A stretch of 64,000 bases of DNA, taken from contig JACPAV010000013.1 of assembly GCA_016180645.1 (NCBI GenBank), positions 1-64,000 of the forward strand. Direction: 5' to 3'. A program made the position numbers and the translations under genes. This stretch comes from Nitrospirota bacterium. Lineage in GTDB: Bacteria > JACPQY01. Positions 37,282 to 46,480 of this stretch are shown here, piece by piece (position 1 is the first letter of the stretch; each line of letters starts with the position of its first letter). The notes under the pieces were generated by a model. It made no database searches and was not told the DNA's origin. It worked only from the letters and a program-made list of their open reading frames with translations.

Positions 37282-40158
37282 ATGAGTTGGTGGGCGCTCG
37301 CCGCGTCATGCGGCCATCCTGGCCGCGGGCTGTGGACGCGAGCACGGGGAACCGTCCTGGCCCCCGCGCTCGCCGCGTCATGCGGCCATCCTGGCCGCGG
37401 GCTGTGGACGCGAGCACGGGGAACCGTCCTGGCCCCCGCGCTCATCCTTCTTCTTCTGCCGCTCGCCATCACCGCCTGCGGCAAACTGAAGAAAGAAGAT
37501 CTCAAACGTGTGGGGATCTCCGGCCGTGTGGTGGACGGCTCCCAGGATACTCCCCTCCGGCAAGCCACCGTCAAACTCTACAAGCCGGGCGACACGCAGG
37601 ATCCCTTGGATGAGACTCAATCCGGCGAAGACGGCAAGTTCTCGTTCGCAACCGCATTCCCCGGGGAATATGAGATCGTTGCATCGGTCCAAGGCTACGC
37701 GCCGGCCACGACAACCGTCGTCGTCAATCCCGGCGAGGCCTCCGAGGTCACCGTCCGCCTTTACCTGACCTCCGACAAGTTCCCCGAGTGGTCCAGCTAC
37801 ATGACCCGGAAGCTGGCGCGAGCCTTTCTATCCGCCAACGGTGAATTCTGGATCGGCACGGAGGGCGGTCTGCTCCGCTACCCCTCCAACGGTTCCCCGA
37901 TCGCGTACACCACTTCGGAAGGCCTTCCTTCGAGCGTTGTGCTCTCGCTCGCCGCCACGGACAAGCACATCTTGATCGGGACGGACAGCGGACTCGCGCG
38001 ATTCAACATCAAGACCGAGGAATGGGACGTGCTCACGAAGGAGAAGGATGGCCTGCCGGGCAATCGCATCAATGGAATCGGAATCGATCCGAAAGACAAG
38101 CGACTTTGGGTGGTGACGGACGGGGGGGCCGGCCGCCTCGAAGGACACTACTGGACCACCTATCACGCGGGAACCTCGGCGGGCACCGCCTGTTCGTCCA
38201 ACGGCCTGCCGGACAACGATGTGCGCTCGTTCGTGTTCGATGTGGACGGGCGCGCGTGGTTCGGCACGGCCAAGGGCGTGGGCGTCTTCTCGAACAACGC
38301 GTGGTGCTGGTACTCGAAAGGGAACGCGGATTCCGGGCTGCTCGATCCTTCCGTGAACGGAATGGCAATGACAGCGGCAGGCGTGGACGGCAAGACGTGG
38401 AAATGGTTTGGGACCGATCGCGGCATCAGCACCACCGATGGCTGCAAGTGGGTATCGTACAGCAGTTTTGAACCTGCCTCGGTGGAATGGCCCCCCGTGG
38501 GGGAATCCAGGTGCACCATGGCCGAACAGCTCTGCGACACGTCCACCTTGACCTTTGGGTGCACGGTGGACGGGAGCGCATGCTTCGACGACCCGGCGCC
38601 ATGCATCGAAAAGGGAGGATATTGCAGGGCCAGTTGCCCGCTGCCGGCGCCGAGTTGCGAACTGTCCGCCTCAAAATGCAATGCGCCCCCGGCCAACTGC
38701 ACCAAACCGGCCAAGGTGTGCGACAAAACCGGGCTCGCCTGTACGTCGGACGACAGCACCTGCAAACCCGCCGGAGGGAAATGCGTGGATCAGCCCGTTA
38801 AGTGCGAAGCGATCGCCACGGGCTGCTCGCTCCCCGAACGATCGTGCCTGCAAGGGGGCGCGGCGTGCGGAGCATTGGAAGGTCAGTGCGTTACCCCCGG
38901 TGTGATGTGCACCATCCCGGATCGCGGATGTGGTCTGGCGGCCACCTCCTGCACGGGGTCGAACGGCTGCCGCGTGCCGGCTCGAGAGTGCAAATACGCC
39001 GCGGCCAGGCCGTGTGCGCAAGTGTATCTCAAAGTGGATGAGGCGAAGATGCCGACCGCGGCTGCCCTCTCGATCTACCTTCCGTCTTCCAATGAAGCCT
39101 GGGTGGGAACGCCGGCCGGACTCGTTCGTTATTCGCAGGGCACCTGGGGCCACGAGATCATCAACGTGCCGCTCGGAAAGGTCTCCGGCGTCGGAAGCGA
39201 CGGGACAAGCATAATCGTCGGACATGAAACGGGACTCAGGGCCTACACGGGAACGGAGTGGAAGGATTACCCGGCTCCAGGGGGTCCGATCAGCAGCCTG
39301 ATCCGGGACGTTCTCCTGGATGCGGATGGGGCGGTGTGGGTGGCAACGGACAAGGGCGTCAGCCGGTTCAAAGCCGGCGAATGGAAGCACTTTCGCAAGG
39401 CGGAGGGGTTGCCGGACGATGATGTTCGCTCCCTGACGCTGGACTCCGAGGGCAAACTTTGGGCGGCGACCAAGATCGGCCTCGTCAAACTGGAGGGCGA
39501 AAAGTTCGCCGGTTTGCCGGACACGTTGGTCGACGAGGATGTTCGCAAGTTGGCGGGGGATGGGAATGGCGGGCTGTGGGTGGGCACGTCCAAGGGGCTT
39601 GTCTACCTCCAAAAGACCCAGGTGAAACGGATGGGCCGCAGTGAGGGTCTGCTTGGAGAAATCGTCACCTCTCTTTTTCGCGACGGCTCCGGCGCCCTTT
39701 GGGTGGCCACCGGCCCCGCCTACGATCCGGCCTGTCTCTGCTTCAACGGCGGAGGGGTGAATCGAATCGAATCGGGTAAGATCTCCGCGGCCCAGGGTCT
39801 CAAGGCCGGTTTGGTGAACGATCTCGGGGTCGATTCGCGCGGATTGTTGTGGGCGGCCACCAGCCAGGGTTTGAGCCTCTTCGATGGAGTCAACTGGAGG
39901 TCGATCCTTCCGAATTCCGCCGACAAGACGGCGGGGCCTCTCAGCGCCAGCGTCACCGCGCTGGCCTTCGAACCGAGCGGCAAAGCATGGGTGGGAACGG
40001 ACAAAGGACTGAGTTCAACCGATGATCCCTCGGGGAAGTGGACCCATTTTGCAACGAAAGATGGACTCGGTGACGTGCGGGTGACCGCTCTCGCCGTACG
40101 CGAGAAGGAAATCTGGATCGGCACGAAGAACGGCCTTTCCGTCTACCGCCCCCAATAG
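37282..40158 (+). CDS. Lipoprotein: carboxypeptidase-regulatory-like domain + beta-propeller repeats + Cys-rich insert
   Basis: ITAC lipobox; repeated W.GT..GL / GLP motifs. Confidence 0.8.
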   Translation: MSWWALAASCGHPGRGLWTRARGTVLAPALAASCGHPGRGLWTRARGTVLAPALILLLLPLAITACGKLKKEDLKRVGISGRVVDGSQDTPLRQATVKLYKPGDTQDPLDETQSGEDGKFSFATAFPGEYEIVASVQGYAPATTTVVVNPGEASEVTVRLYLTSDKFPEWSSYMTRKLARAFLSANGEFWIGTEGGLLRYPSNGSPIAYTTSEGLPSSVVLSLAATDKHILIGTDSGLARFNIKTEEWDVLTKEKDGLPGNRINGIGIDPKDKRLWVVTDGGAGRLEGHYWTTYHAGTSAGTACSSNGLPDNDVRSFVFDVDGRAWFGTAKGVGVFSNNAWCWYSKGNADSGLLDPSVNGMAMTAAGVDGKTWKWFGTDRGISTTDGCKWVSYSSFEPASVEWPPVGESRCTMAEQLCDTSTLTFGCTVDGSACFDDPAPCIEKGGYCRASCPLPAPSCELSASKCNAPPANCTKPAKVCDKTGLACTSDDSTCKPAGGKCVDQPVKCEAIATGCSLPERSCLQGGAACGALEGQCVTPGVMCTIPDRGCGLAATSCTGSNGCRVPARECKYAAARPCAQVYLKVDEAKMPTAAALSIYLPSSNEAWVGTPAGLVRYSQGTWGHEIINVPLGKVSGVGSDGTSIIVGHETGLRAYTGTEWKDYPAPGGPISSLIRDVLLDADGAVWVATDKGVSRFKAGEWKHFRKAEGLPDDDVRSLTLDSEGKLWAATKIGLVKLEGEKFAGLPDTLVDEDVRKLAGDGNGGLWVGTSKGLVYLQKTQVKRMGRSEGLLGEIVTSLFRDGSGALWVATGPAYDPACLCFNGGGVNRIESGKISAAQGLKAGLVNDLGVDSRGLLWAATSQGLSLFDGVNWRSILPNSADKTAGPLSASVTALAFEPSGKAWVGTDKGLSSTDDPSGKWTHFATKDGLGDVRVTALAVREKEIWIGTKNGLSVYRPQ
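37294..37443. repeat. Two exact tandem 72-nt twin-hairpin elements (family C) in the signal-peptide region
   Basis: GCGCTC at 37294, 37366 and 37438; minus-strand loops CAGGATG and CAGGACG. Confidence 0.92.
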
Positions 40159-40161
40159 CGG

Positions 40162-42297
40162 ATGAAACGACCGAACGGGATGCGTCGCCTTTTCTCCTTA
40201 CCTCTTTCCTCTTTTCTCTTTTCTCTGGTTCTCATCTCCTGCGCTGACGTGACCCTCAAGGATAAGGAGAAAGACAAGCTCTCCCAAGGGCGTCAGCAAT
40301 TGGATGCGGGCAACTTCGACGAGGCCCAGAAGGCCCTCCGTGAGATCGTCCAGGGAAATCCAGAAGCGGGTCAGATTCCACTCAACCCGAACAATTCTGA
40401 AGCTCGATTCTATCTTTTCGTAGCCCAGTTGCAGGGTTCCCTCAATGCACTCAGCACGCAACTCGGCCCGATCATCGATCTCCTCGGTGGCTCGGGCGAC
40501 AGCGCCTCCAAAACGTGCGTGCCCGGTTCTCCGACGGGAACGAGTCTCTTCGGGGTCAGCCACCGGGCGCCGGGGTCTCCGGCAGTCGGCGCGCATCGCC
40601 CGCGAAGATCGACGGCTCGCCTCCAGTCCGGCGAACTGAACGGTCTGAATTACCTGGTCCTCTCCATTGTGAAGGGACTTCTCATCGATCAAATGCGCTC
40701 CATGGGCGACAACCTCCGTGCCATCACGGAGGATCGGGATTTCGAGATCGTGTACGACCCGTTCCCGATCAAGCTGGGCGACACGACGCTGATCGACCTC
40801 GGCGGCCGGTTTGATCTGGGTGAAATTCATCTCTTCATCGCCGTCACGGAGCTGCTCGAAGCGCTGGGCCACGCGCTCCTCACGATCAATCTGGACATGG
40901 ACCTCGGCCCGATCCTCCAGCTCGTGGCGGATCCCTGCGCCTCCACCGATCTGGGCAGTGTCATGAATACGGTCGTTCAACTGCTCAACCGAAGCCCGAA
41001 TTTCCTGACGCTGTCGCCGGTCGGCGCGGGTGAGATGCGGGATTTTGTGGACATGACCTTTGCGAGCGTGGGCGAGATCGTCAACGCCGTTTTCGTCACG
41101 GCCACACAGAAGGCCAGGCCCGATGACTTCTTCGCCATTGACACCCGGCTGGTCCTGCCCACGGACCCCACCTGCACTCCCGCTCCGCCCGATTCCGCAA
41201 CGAAGCCGGTGAAACGGATGTGCATCATCATCCATCTTAAGGCAGGAGATGGAACGCCCGTGGAACTCGGTTTGCCTCTCACTAAAGATTTGGTGGTCGC
41301 CGCCGCCGGAATGGGAGATGCGCTCTTTCAAACCTGCTCGAACCGGGTGGTGGACGCGAATGGGAAGGTCGTCATGGGCGCGAACGGATTGCCGCTGGTG
41401 ATCGAACCGCCCGGATGCCGGATTTCCTGGGCGCGCCACATCGTTCCTCTGATCGCGAATGTCGTCCCGCCGCTCCTTTCCTCGGGCGCGCTGTTTGCCA
41501 TACTCGGGCCGATTATCTCCGGGAGCAGCGCCGAGGCCACCGTGAATCAGCTCGAAGGCGTGCTTACCGATTGCGCCCCCGTGCTCAACGCGGACATGCT
41601 CGGCTGTACGATGCTCAAGTTCATCCCCGATGCGATCGAGATCGACGCACAGGCTCTGCGGGGCATGGTGGATGCCACGCCGCAAGGCTACATTCGCGAC
41701 ATCCTTCCGTGCTGGACCTCGGGTTCGGACCGGAAAACGAATGGAGGGACCTACGGTTGTCACATCACGCCAGTGATGGGAGAAACGGAGTTCATCGACT
41801 CGCAGGGAATCGTGAATGAACGCTTCCTGTTCGAGTCGGAATGCGAGGCGAATCCGCTGACGATCCCGAGCGGACTCGTCTGTAAGAGTACATCCAACGA
41901 CTACGCGCATTTTGATCACGCTGTTTTCGGCCGCCTGGGAATCGGACGCATCGAACGGGACGGGTTGACCAGTCCCTTCCCGTACATGCCGATGCGCGAT
42001 CCGTCGATCTTCGGACTTCTCTGGCTCAATCCGGGCCCCTTCGGAGATGCGTACGCCGCCACCGCCACGCCTCTGGCGTTCGAGGTGGAGAATCGATATA
42101 CCAAAGCCACCGTGAGAGACCTCAATCTGCTCGTGGCGCATCTCGGAATCATCCTGGGTCCGGCGCTCGGAGGAGACGTGACCTCGGCCGCGGGGCCGGT
42201 GGTGGAGTGTTTCTCCAAACAATTCGGCAAGGTTCCTCCGGCCCAGATCAACAAATGTATCGGGAGCGTGAGCGTACTCATCCCGACCTCTCTGTAG
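40162..42297 (+). CDS. Hypothetical lipoprotein with an N-terminal TPR-like segment
   Basis: LISC lipobox; 711-aa ORF in operon context. Confidence 0.7.
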   Translation: MKRPNGMRRLFSLPLSSFLFSLVLISCADVTLKDKEKDKLSQGRQQLDAGNFDEAQKALREIVQGNPEAGQIPLNPNNSEARFYLFVAQLQGSLNALSTQLGPIIDLLGGSGDSASKTCVPGSPTGTSLFGVSHRAPGSPAVGAHRPRRSTARLQSGELNGLNYLVLSIVKGLLIDQMRSMGDNLRAITEDRDFEIVYDPFPIKLGDTTLIDLGGRFDLGEIHLFIAVTELLEALGHALLTINLDMDLGPILQLVADPCASTDLGSVMNTVVQLLNRSPNFLTLSPVGAGEMRDFVDMTFASVGEIVNAVFVTATQKARPDDFFAIDTRLVLPTDPTCTPAPPDSATKPVKRMCIIIHLKAGDGTPVELGLPLTKDLVVAAAGMGDALFQTCSNRVVDANGKVVMGANGLPLVIEPPGCRISWARHIVPLIANVVPPLLSSGALFAILGPIISGSSAEATVNQLEGVLTDCAPVLNADMLGCTMLKFIPDAIEIDAQALRGMVDATPQGYIRDILPCWTSGSDRKTNGGTYGCHITPVMGETEFIDSQGIVNERFLFESECEANPLTIPSGLVCKSTSNDYAHFDHAVFGRLGIGRIERDGLTSPFPYMPMRDPSIFGLLWLNPGPFGDAYAATATPLAFEVENRYTKATVRDLNLLVAHLGIILGPALGGDVTSAAGPVVECFSKQFGKVPPAQINKCIGSVSVLIPTSL

Positions 42298-42302
42298 CTC
42301 GC

Positions 42303-43736
42303 GTGCGAAAAAGCCTGCCGGTCCTGACGTTGCTCGTGTCCCTTGCGGCTCCGCCGGCCGCTCGGTCCAATCCCATCGAACACTTCGGGTTCGGGTCGCG
42401 CAACTCCGCCCTTGGACTCGCGGGGATCGCCGCGGCCAATGATTCCTCCGCCGTTTTCTACAATCCGGCCGGACTGCTTCTGTCCCCCGGGAACGGCTAC
42501 AATCTCGGCTACACCTTCACGCAGCCGGTCATCGAGTTTCAGAAGGGGGATGAGGAGTATCGACGCCTCCGCTCAAACATCATCCAAGGCTACCACTTCG
42601 GTTTCACCACCGTGTACGGCGGTTGGTTCCGAAGGAGAGCGGCACTCGGGTTGGGCATCTACATCCCCACCACCACGCTCCTTCGAGCCATCGTGCGTGG
42701 GGAGCAGGAGCCGAACTTCTACGTGTACAGCAACACGGAGGGCATCTACATCGGCCTCAGCGGGGCCGCACGGCCGACGAAATGGCTGCTGGTGGGAGCG
42801 GGTATCCAGGCGTTGGCAAGTTTGAAGGGTCCGGTGTTTCTCAACCTCCCGCCCATCAAGGTGAACATCAGTTCCCTCTCGGATATTTCCCAGTCGCTGG
42901 AAATCCGGGGCGAGATCAAAGCGGATCTCGATGTGGAGATCGATCCAAAGATTGCACCGATCGCAGGGGTCATGGTGTATCCGTTCGATTGGCTGCGCGC
43001 CGGAGCCGTCTATCGCGGAGCACTGTGGGTCCCCATTGAGCTGGCGCTCCGATTGAAACTCCAGGCGGAGATCACGGGGCTCGGGTCGCTCCAGATCTCC
43101 GAGTTGGAGCAGGCCCTGTCGGACCTTCCGCTCGCCGTGCGAACGAATGTGCAGTACCACCCGGAACAGTTTGGCGGGGGCCTGATGCTCCTGCCTCTCC
43201 GTGAGTTGGTTCTGACGGGGGACCTGACTTACAAGCGGTGGTCCAAGCTCAAGTCGAATTACGCCTCGCTCGGGGATGCGAGCAGCGGCGACAGCGTCGG
43301 GTTGAATGACCTCGTGCAGAGTCTGACGGCGATCTTCGGCGGGAATGTGGATCTGACCATTCCGCACTTGCCTGAGTTGAATCTGAAGGACACGGTCAAT
43401 TTCTCGGGAGGGATCGAGTGGATGGTGATCTCCTGGCTCCGGCTTCGAGGAGGGTACAACCTGCGGCCGAGTCCGGCCCCGGCCCAGACCGGCAAAACCA
43501 ACTTCCTCTGGCCGCATGAACATCTTCTCACCGGAGGTCTGGGTGTGACGTTCAAGGATCCCTTCGCCGCTCTCAAGCGGATTGCCGTGGACGGACACGC
43601 GCAGACCATGATCATGCAACCCTTGGATGCCACGAAAGATGCCCAAATCGTGCCCGTTGAAAATCCCGGTTACCCCTCATTCAAGACACGAGGCGGATTC
43701 CTGGGCGTCGGCTTGACGCTGACGGGGGTCTTTTGA
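42303..43736 (+). CDS. FadL/OmpP1-like outer-membrane transporter
   Basis: GSRNSALGLAG..AVFYNPAGL hatch motif, beta strands, C-terminal Phe. Confidence 0.8.
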   Translation: MRKSLPVLTLLVSLAAPPAARSNPIEHFGFGSRNSALGLAGIAAANDSSAVFYNPAGLLLSPGNGYNLGYTFTQPVIEFQKGDEEYRRLRSNIIQGYHFGFTTVYGGWFRRRAALGLGIYIPTTTLLRAIVRGEQEPNFYVYSNTEGIYIGLSGAARPTKWLLVGAGIQALASLKGPVFLNLPPIKVNISSLSDISQSLEIRGEIKADLDVEIDPKIAPIAGVMVYPFDWLRAGAVYRGALWVPIELALRLKLQAEITGLGSLQISELEQALSDLPLAVRTNVQYHPEQFGGGLMLLPLRELVLTGDLTYKRWSKLKSNYASLGDASSGDSVGLNDLVQSLTAIFGGNVDLTIPHLPELNLKDTVNFSGGIEWMVISWLRLRGGYNLRPSPAPAQTGKTNFLWPHEHLLTGGLGVTFKDPFAALKRIAVDGHAQTMIMQPLDATKDAQIVPVENPGYPSFKTRGGFLGVGLTLTGVF

Positions 43737-44479
43737 GCGAGGAACCACAGGGAGTCCTCCCGCGAGAGTGCGAACTGGCCCTCGAAGGGGCGGTCGCGGA
43801 TCTCCGCGGCCTTTTCGACACCGATCTTCTGAGCGTAGTGCTTTTCGGGAGCGGGGCGAGAGGTGATTTCGACCCGAAACGATCGGATCTCAATCTCCTG
43901 GTCGTCTTGAAGCAGGCCGATTTCGCGCGGCTGAAACGGATCGTGCCAACCCTGAAATCCTGGCGGAAGCGGAGGATCAGCACACCGTTGGTCATGGACC
44001 CGGCCTACATCCAAACGGCTCAGGACGTTTTCCCTCTGGAGTTCCTTGAAATGAGATGGGCGCATCGAGTGCTGCATGGGCCGGACCCCCTTGCAGCGAT
44101 CGAGCCTCCGCGGGAGGCGCTTCGGCGCCAGTGCGAGCAAGAGGCACGGGGCAAGCTCCTCCATCTGAGAAAAATACTTCTGGAGACGGATCTTGATTCG
44201 AAGCGGCTGATGGACGCGGTCCGCCTCGCCGCGCCTGCCTTTGTTCGCATCGGCCGCACGCACTTGTATCTGAAGTTCTCAAAGGTTTCTCTCCAGGCCG
44301 ATGAAGTGCTGAAAGGGCTCGAACAGGATCTCGGTCTCCCCTTGCAAGGTCTTGCCTCAGCCTGGGGATCGCGATCGCGGGTGAGCGGGCAAGGCGCCGA
44401 TGCGGACAAGCTTTTCGCCGAACTCCTCGCCGATGTGGAAGCCCTCGTTGCCGCCGTGGATTCTCTCCACACTTCGTGA
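43733..44479 (+). CDS. Pol-beta-type nucleotidyltransferase domain protein
   Basis: LFGSGARG..SDLNLLVV, DVFPLE. Confidence 0.8.
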   Translation: MSEEPQGVLPRECELALEGAVADLRGLFDTDLLSVVLFGSGARGDFDPKRSDLNLLVVLKQADFARLKRIVPTLKSWRKRRISTPLVMDPAYIQTAQDVFPLEFLEMRWAHRVLHGPDPLAAIEPPREALRRQCEQEARGKLLHLRKILLETDLDSKRLMDAVRLAAPAFVRIGRTHLYLKFSKVSLQADEVLKGLEQDLGLPLQGLASAWGSRSRVSGQGADADKLFAELLADVEALVAAVDSLHTS

Positions 44480-44491
44480 GGCAGGGCACAA

Positions 44492-44538
44492 ATCTCCCCC
44501 TCCCCCTTGACGGGGGAGGGCTCGGGTGGGGGTGAGAT
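44492..44538. repeat. CCCCTCCCCC..GGGGGAGGG..GGGTGGGGGTGA palindromic repeat
   Basis: Same family as 16981 and 48553. Confidence 0.7.
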
Positions 44539-44565
44539 CTGGCGACGGGGAATTCCTGGCTTGGC

Positions 44566-45312
44566 ATGGGTGCTCTTCTCTTGGTGGCGGCCTCCGCAGC
44601 TCTCGCGGACGTCGTCCCCTTCACCGACTACGTCAGCGACTACGCCGAGGTGGTGCCCGACTCCACCGAGCGCGGTCTAAATTCGCTCCTGAAGGAACTC
44701 CAGGACAAGACGGGCGCCCAGGTCGCTGTCGTCACGCTCGGGACGACAGCGGGTGTCCCCGCAGCCGACTACGCCGTCGAGTTCGGACAGAAATGGGGAG
44801 TCGGGAAGAAGGGGAAAGACAATGGTGTGGTGTTTCTCGTCGCCGTCTTCGATCGGGAAATGTTCATGGCCACGGGTTACGGCGTCGAGGGCATTCTCCC
44901 GGATGGAAAAGTGGGCCGGATTCGCGATGAGGACGTGCTCCCACATTTCCGCTCGGGCGATTTTGGATCGGGTATTGCGGCCGGAACGTTGCGAATCGCC
45001 CAGGAAATTGCCCAAAGTGAACATGTGACCCTGGAAACGGTGGTGCAGGGGGTCGCGCCGGCGAGGGCGAGACCGCGCGCGACCGGGGGGATCGGGCCGG
45101 GGGCGATTCTTGTCGGCATGGTTCTGTTCATGATTTTCGTACGGCCGCTCATGCGTCGGCGGATGCTCGGGGCGTACGGAGGGCGTGGATCGGGATGGGG
45201 CGGGGGATTCGGCGGATTCGGGGGTGGTTTCGGCGGCGGGGGGTTTGGCGGCGGTTTCGGGGGAGGGCTGGGAGGTGGATTTGGTGGAGGCGGAGCGGGC
45301 GGAAGATGGTAA
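44566..45312 (+). CDS. TPM-domain protein (YgcG-like) with a Gly-rich tail
   Basis: WGVGKKGKDNG, TGYGVEGILPD, GGFGGGGAGGRW. Confidence 0.92.
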   Translation: MGALLLVAASAALADVVPFTDYVSDYAEVVPDSTERGLNSLLKELQDKTGAQVAVVTLGTTAGVPAADYAVEFGQKWGVGKKGKDNGVVFLVAVFDREMFMATGYGVEGILPDGKVGRIRDEDVLPHFRSGDFGSGIAAGTLRIAQEIAQSEHVTLETVVQGVAPARARPRATGGIGPGAILVGMVLFMIFVRPLMRRRMLGAYGGRGSGWGGGFGGFGGGFGGGGFGGGFGGGLGGGFGGGGAGGRW

Positions 45313-45339
45313 GATGAAGCGCTTTGGAAGGAGCGATGC

Positions 45340-45915
45340 ATGAAGAATGGTCCATCCATAGGATTGATCCTGCTGGGACTGATCGCCGTCGTCGGGATCG
45401 GGAGCTGCGGCTACGTGGTCAGCGTACGCAACCGCTTCGTGACGATGGAAGAAGGCATCAAGGGCCAATGGGCGCAGGTGGAGAACGTTCTGCAGCGCCG
45501 GAGCGATCTCATCCCGAATCTGGTGAACACCGTGAAGGGCTACGCATCGCACGAAAAGGAAATCTTCGAGAATATCGCCGCCTCGCGCGCGAAGCTCGGC
45601 GGTGCGGGGACGATCGACGACAAGATCAAAGCGGCGAACGAAATGCAGTCGGCTCTGTCGCGCCTGCTCGTCGTCGTGGAGCAGTATCCCGACCTCAAGG
45701 CGAATCAGAACTTTACGGCGTTGCAGGATGAACTGGCGGGGACCGAAAATCGAATTGCCGTCGAGCGGAAGCGGTACAATGATGTGGTGCGCGACTTCAA
45801 TGCCGCGATTCGGCGATTCCCGGGAAGCTCCATCGCGGGCTACATCGGCGCGAAGGCGTACCCCTACTACGGGGTGCCCGAGGAGAAAAAGGCCGTCCCG
45901 GAAGTGAAGTTCTGA
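45340..45915 (+). CDS. lemA: LemA family protein
   Basis: QRRSDLIPNLV, YPDLKA, GTENRIAVER. Confidence 0.95.
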   Translation: MKNGPSIGLILLGLIAVVGIGSCGYVVSVRNRFVTMEEGIKGQWAQVENVLQRRSDLIPNLVNTVKGYASHEKEIFENIAASRAKLGGAGTIDDKIKAANEMQSALSRLLVVVEQYPDLKANQNFTALQDELAGTENRIAVERKRYNDVVRDFNAAIRRFPGSSIAGYIGAKAYPYYGVPEEKKAVPEVKF

Positions 45916-45934
45916 AATGGGAAGGAGAAGTTCA

Positions 45935-46408
45935 ATGCGAACACGGGTGATCGCGATCATGATCGGTCTGTGTCTGGCGGATGTGTCCTGCACGAAGAAA
46001 GTGAGCACGCCTTCCATCCCTCCGGAAGGGATCCAATCCAATGACATCCTCTCCCGGTCGCCGGTAACCGACCGGTCCGAGGTGAAGCACGTTCTGGTGG
46101 GATGGCGCGAACTGGCCGCGGCGTATCGGGGCCAGATCGATCCGCGGGCCTCGGCTCGAAACAAATCGGATGCAGAGCAACTCGCGTTCCAACTCCTCGG
46201 GCAGGTCCGCGGCGGCGAACCGATCGAGAAACTCATGTCGGAGTTTTCAGAAGACCCGGGGAGCGCGAAGAATGGTCAATCGTACACCGCCACGCCCGAC
46301 GCTCCCCTGGTTCCACCGTTCAAAGATTTGTCCCTCAGGCTGAATGTCGGCGAGGCGGGCATCGTTGAAACGGTCTTCGGCTGGCACATCATCAAACGGG
46401 TTCAATAG
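45935..46408 (+). CDS. Parvulin-type peptidyl-prolyl isomerase, exported
   Basis: VKHVLV, FSEDPGS, VETVFGWHIIK; AAGGAG RBS. Confidence 0.87.
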   Translation: MRTRVIAIMIGLCLADVSCTKKVSTPSIPPEGIQSNDILSRSPVTDRSEVKHVLVGWRELAAAYRGQIDPRASARNKSDAEQLAFQLLGQVRGGEPIEKLMSEFSEDPGSAKNGQSYTATPDAPLVPPFKDLSLRLNVGEAGIVETVFGWHIIKRVQ

Positions 46409-46415
46409 TATATAA

Positions 46416-46460
46416 GGTGACAGTATACTGTTATTACTTCAAATAAAGTATACTGTCACC
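46416..46460. repeat. AT-rich inverted repeat GGTGACAGTATACT-N17-AGTATACTGTCACC (terminator, operator or mini-element)
   Basis: Perfect 14-bp arms between parvulin and pckG. Confidence 0.7.
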
Positions 46461-46480
46461 GAATATAGACGGGGGTCGCC

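Noticed and set aside
40550-40620. Possible hairpin-rich insert in the 711-aa lipoprotein
   Set aside because: No second copy or clear bounding repeat found, so it cannot be supported.
40198-42222. Long antisense ORFs (also 13433-15088, 25296-26843, 44677-46236, 60732-62102)
   Set aside because: Shadows of GC-rich genes on the opposite strand, with no recognisable motifs.
43733-44479. MNT-HEPN toxin-antitoxin or nucleotide-signalling defence system
   Set aside because: No adjacent HEPN or effector gene; it sits with TPM and LemA genes, and the PaREP1 gene is 15 kb away.
45180-45305. GGC/GGT-rich repeat as a mobile element
   Set aside because: It is the normal Gly/Phe-rich tail of TPM-domain proteins.
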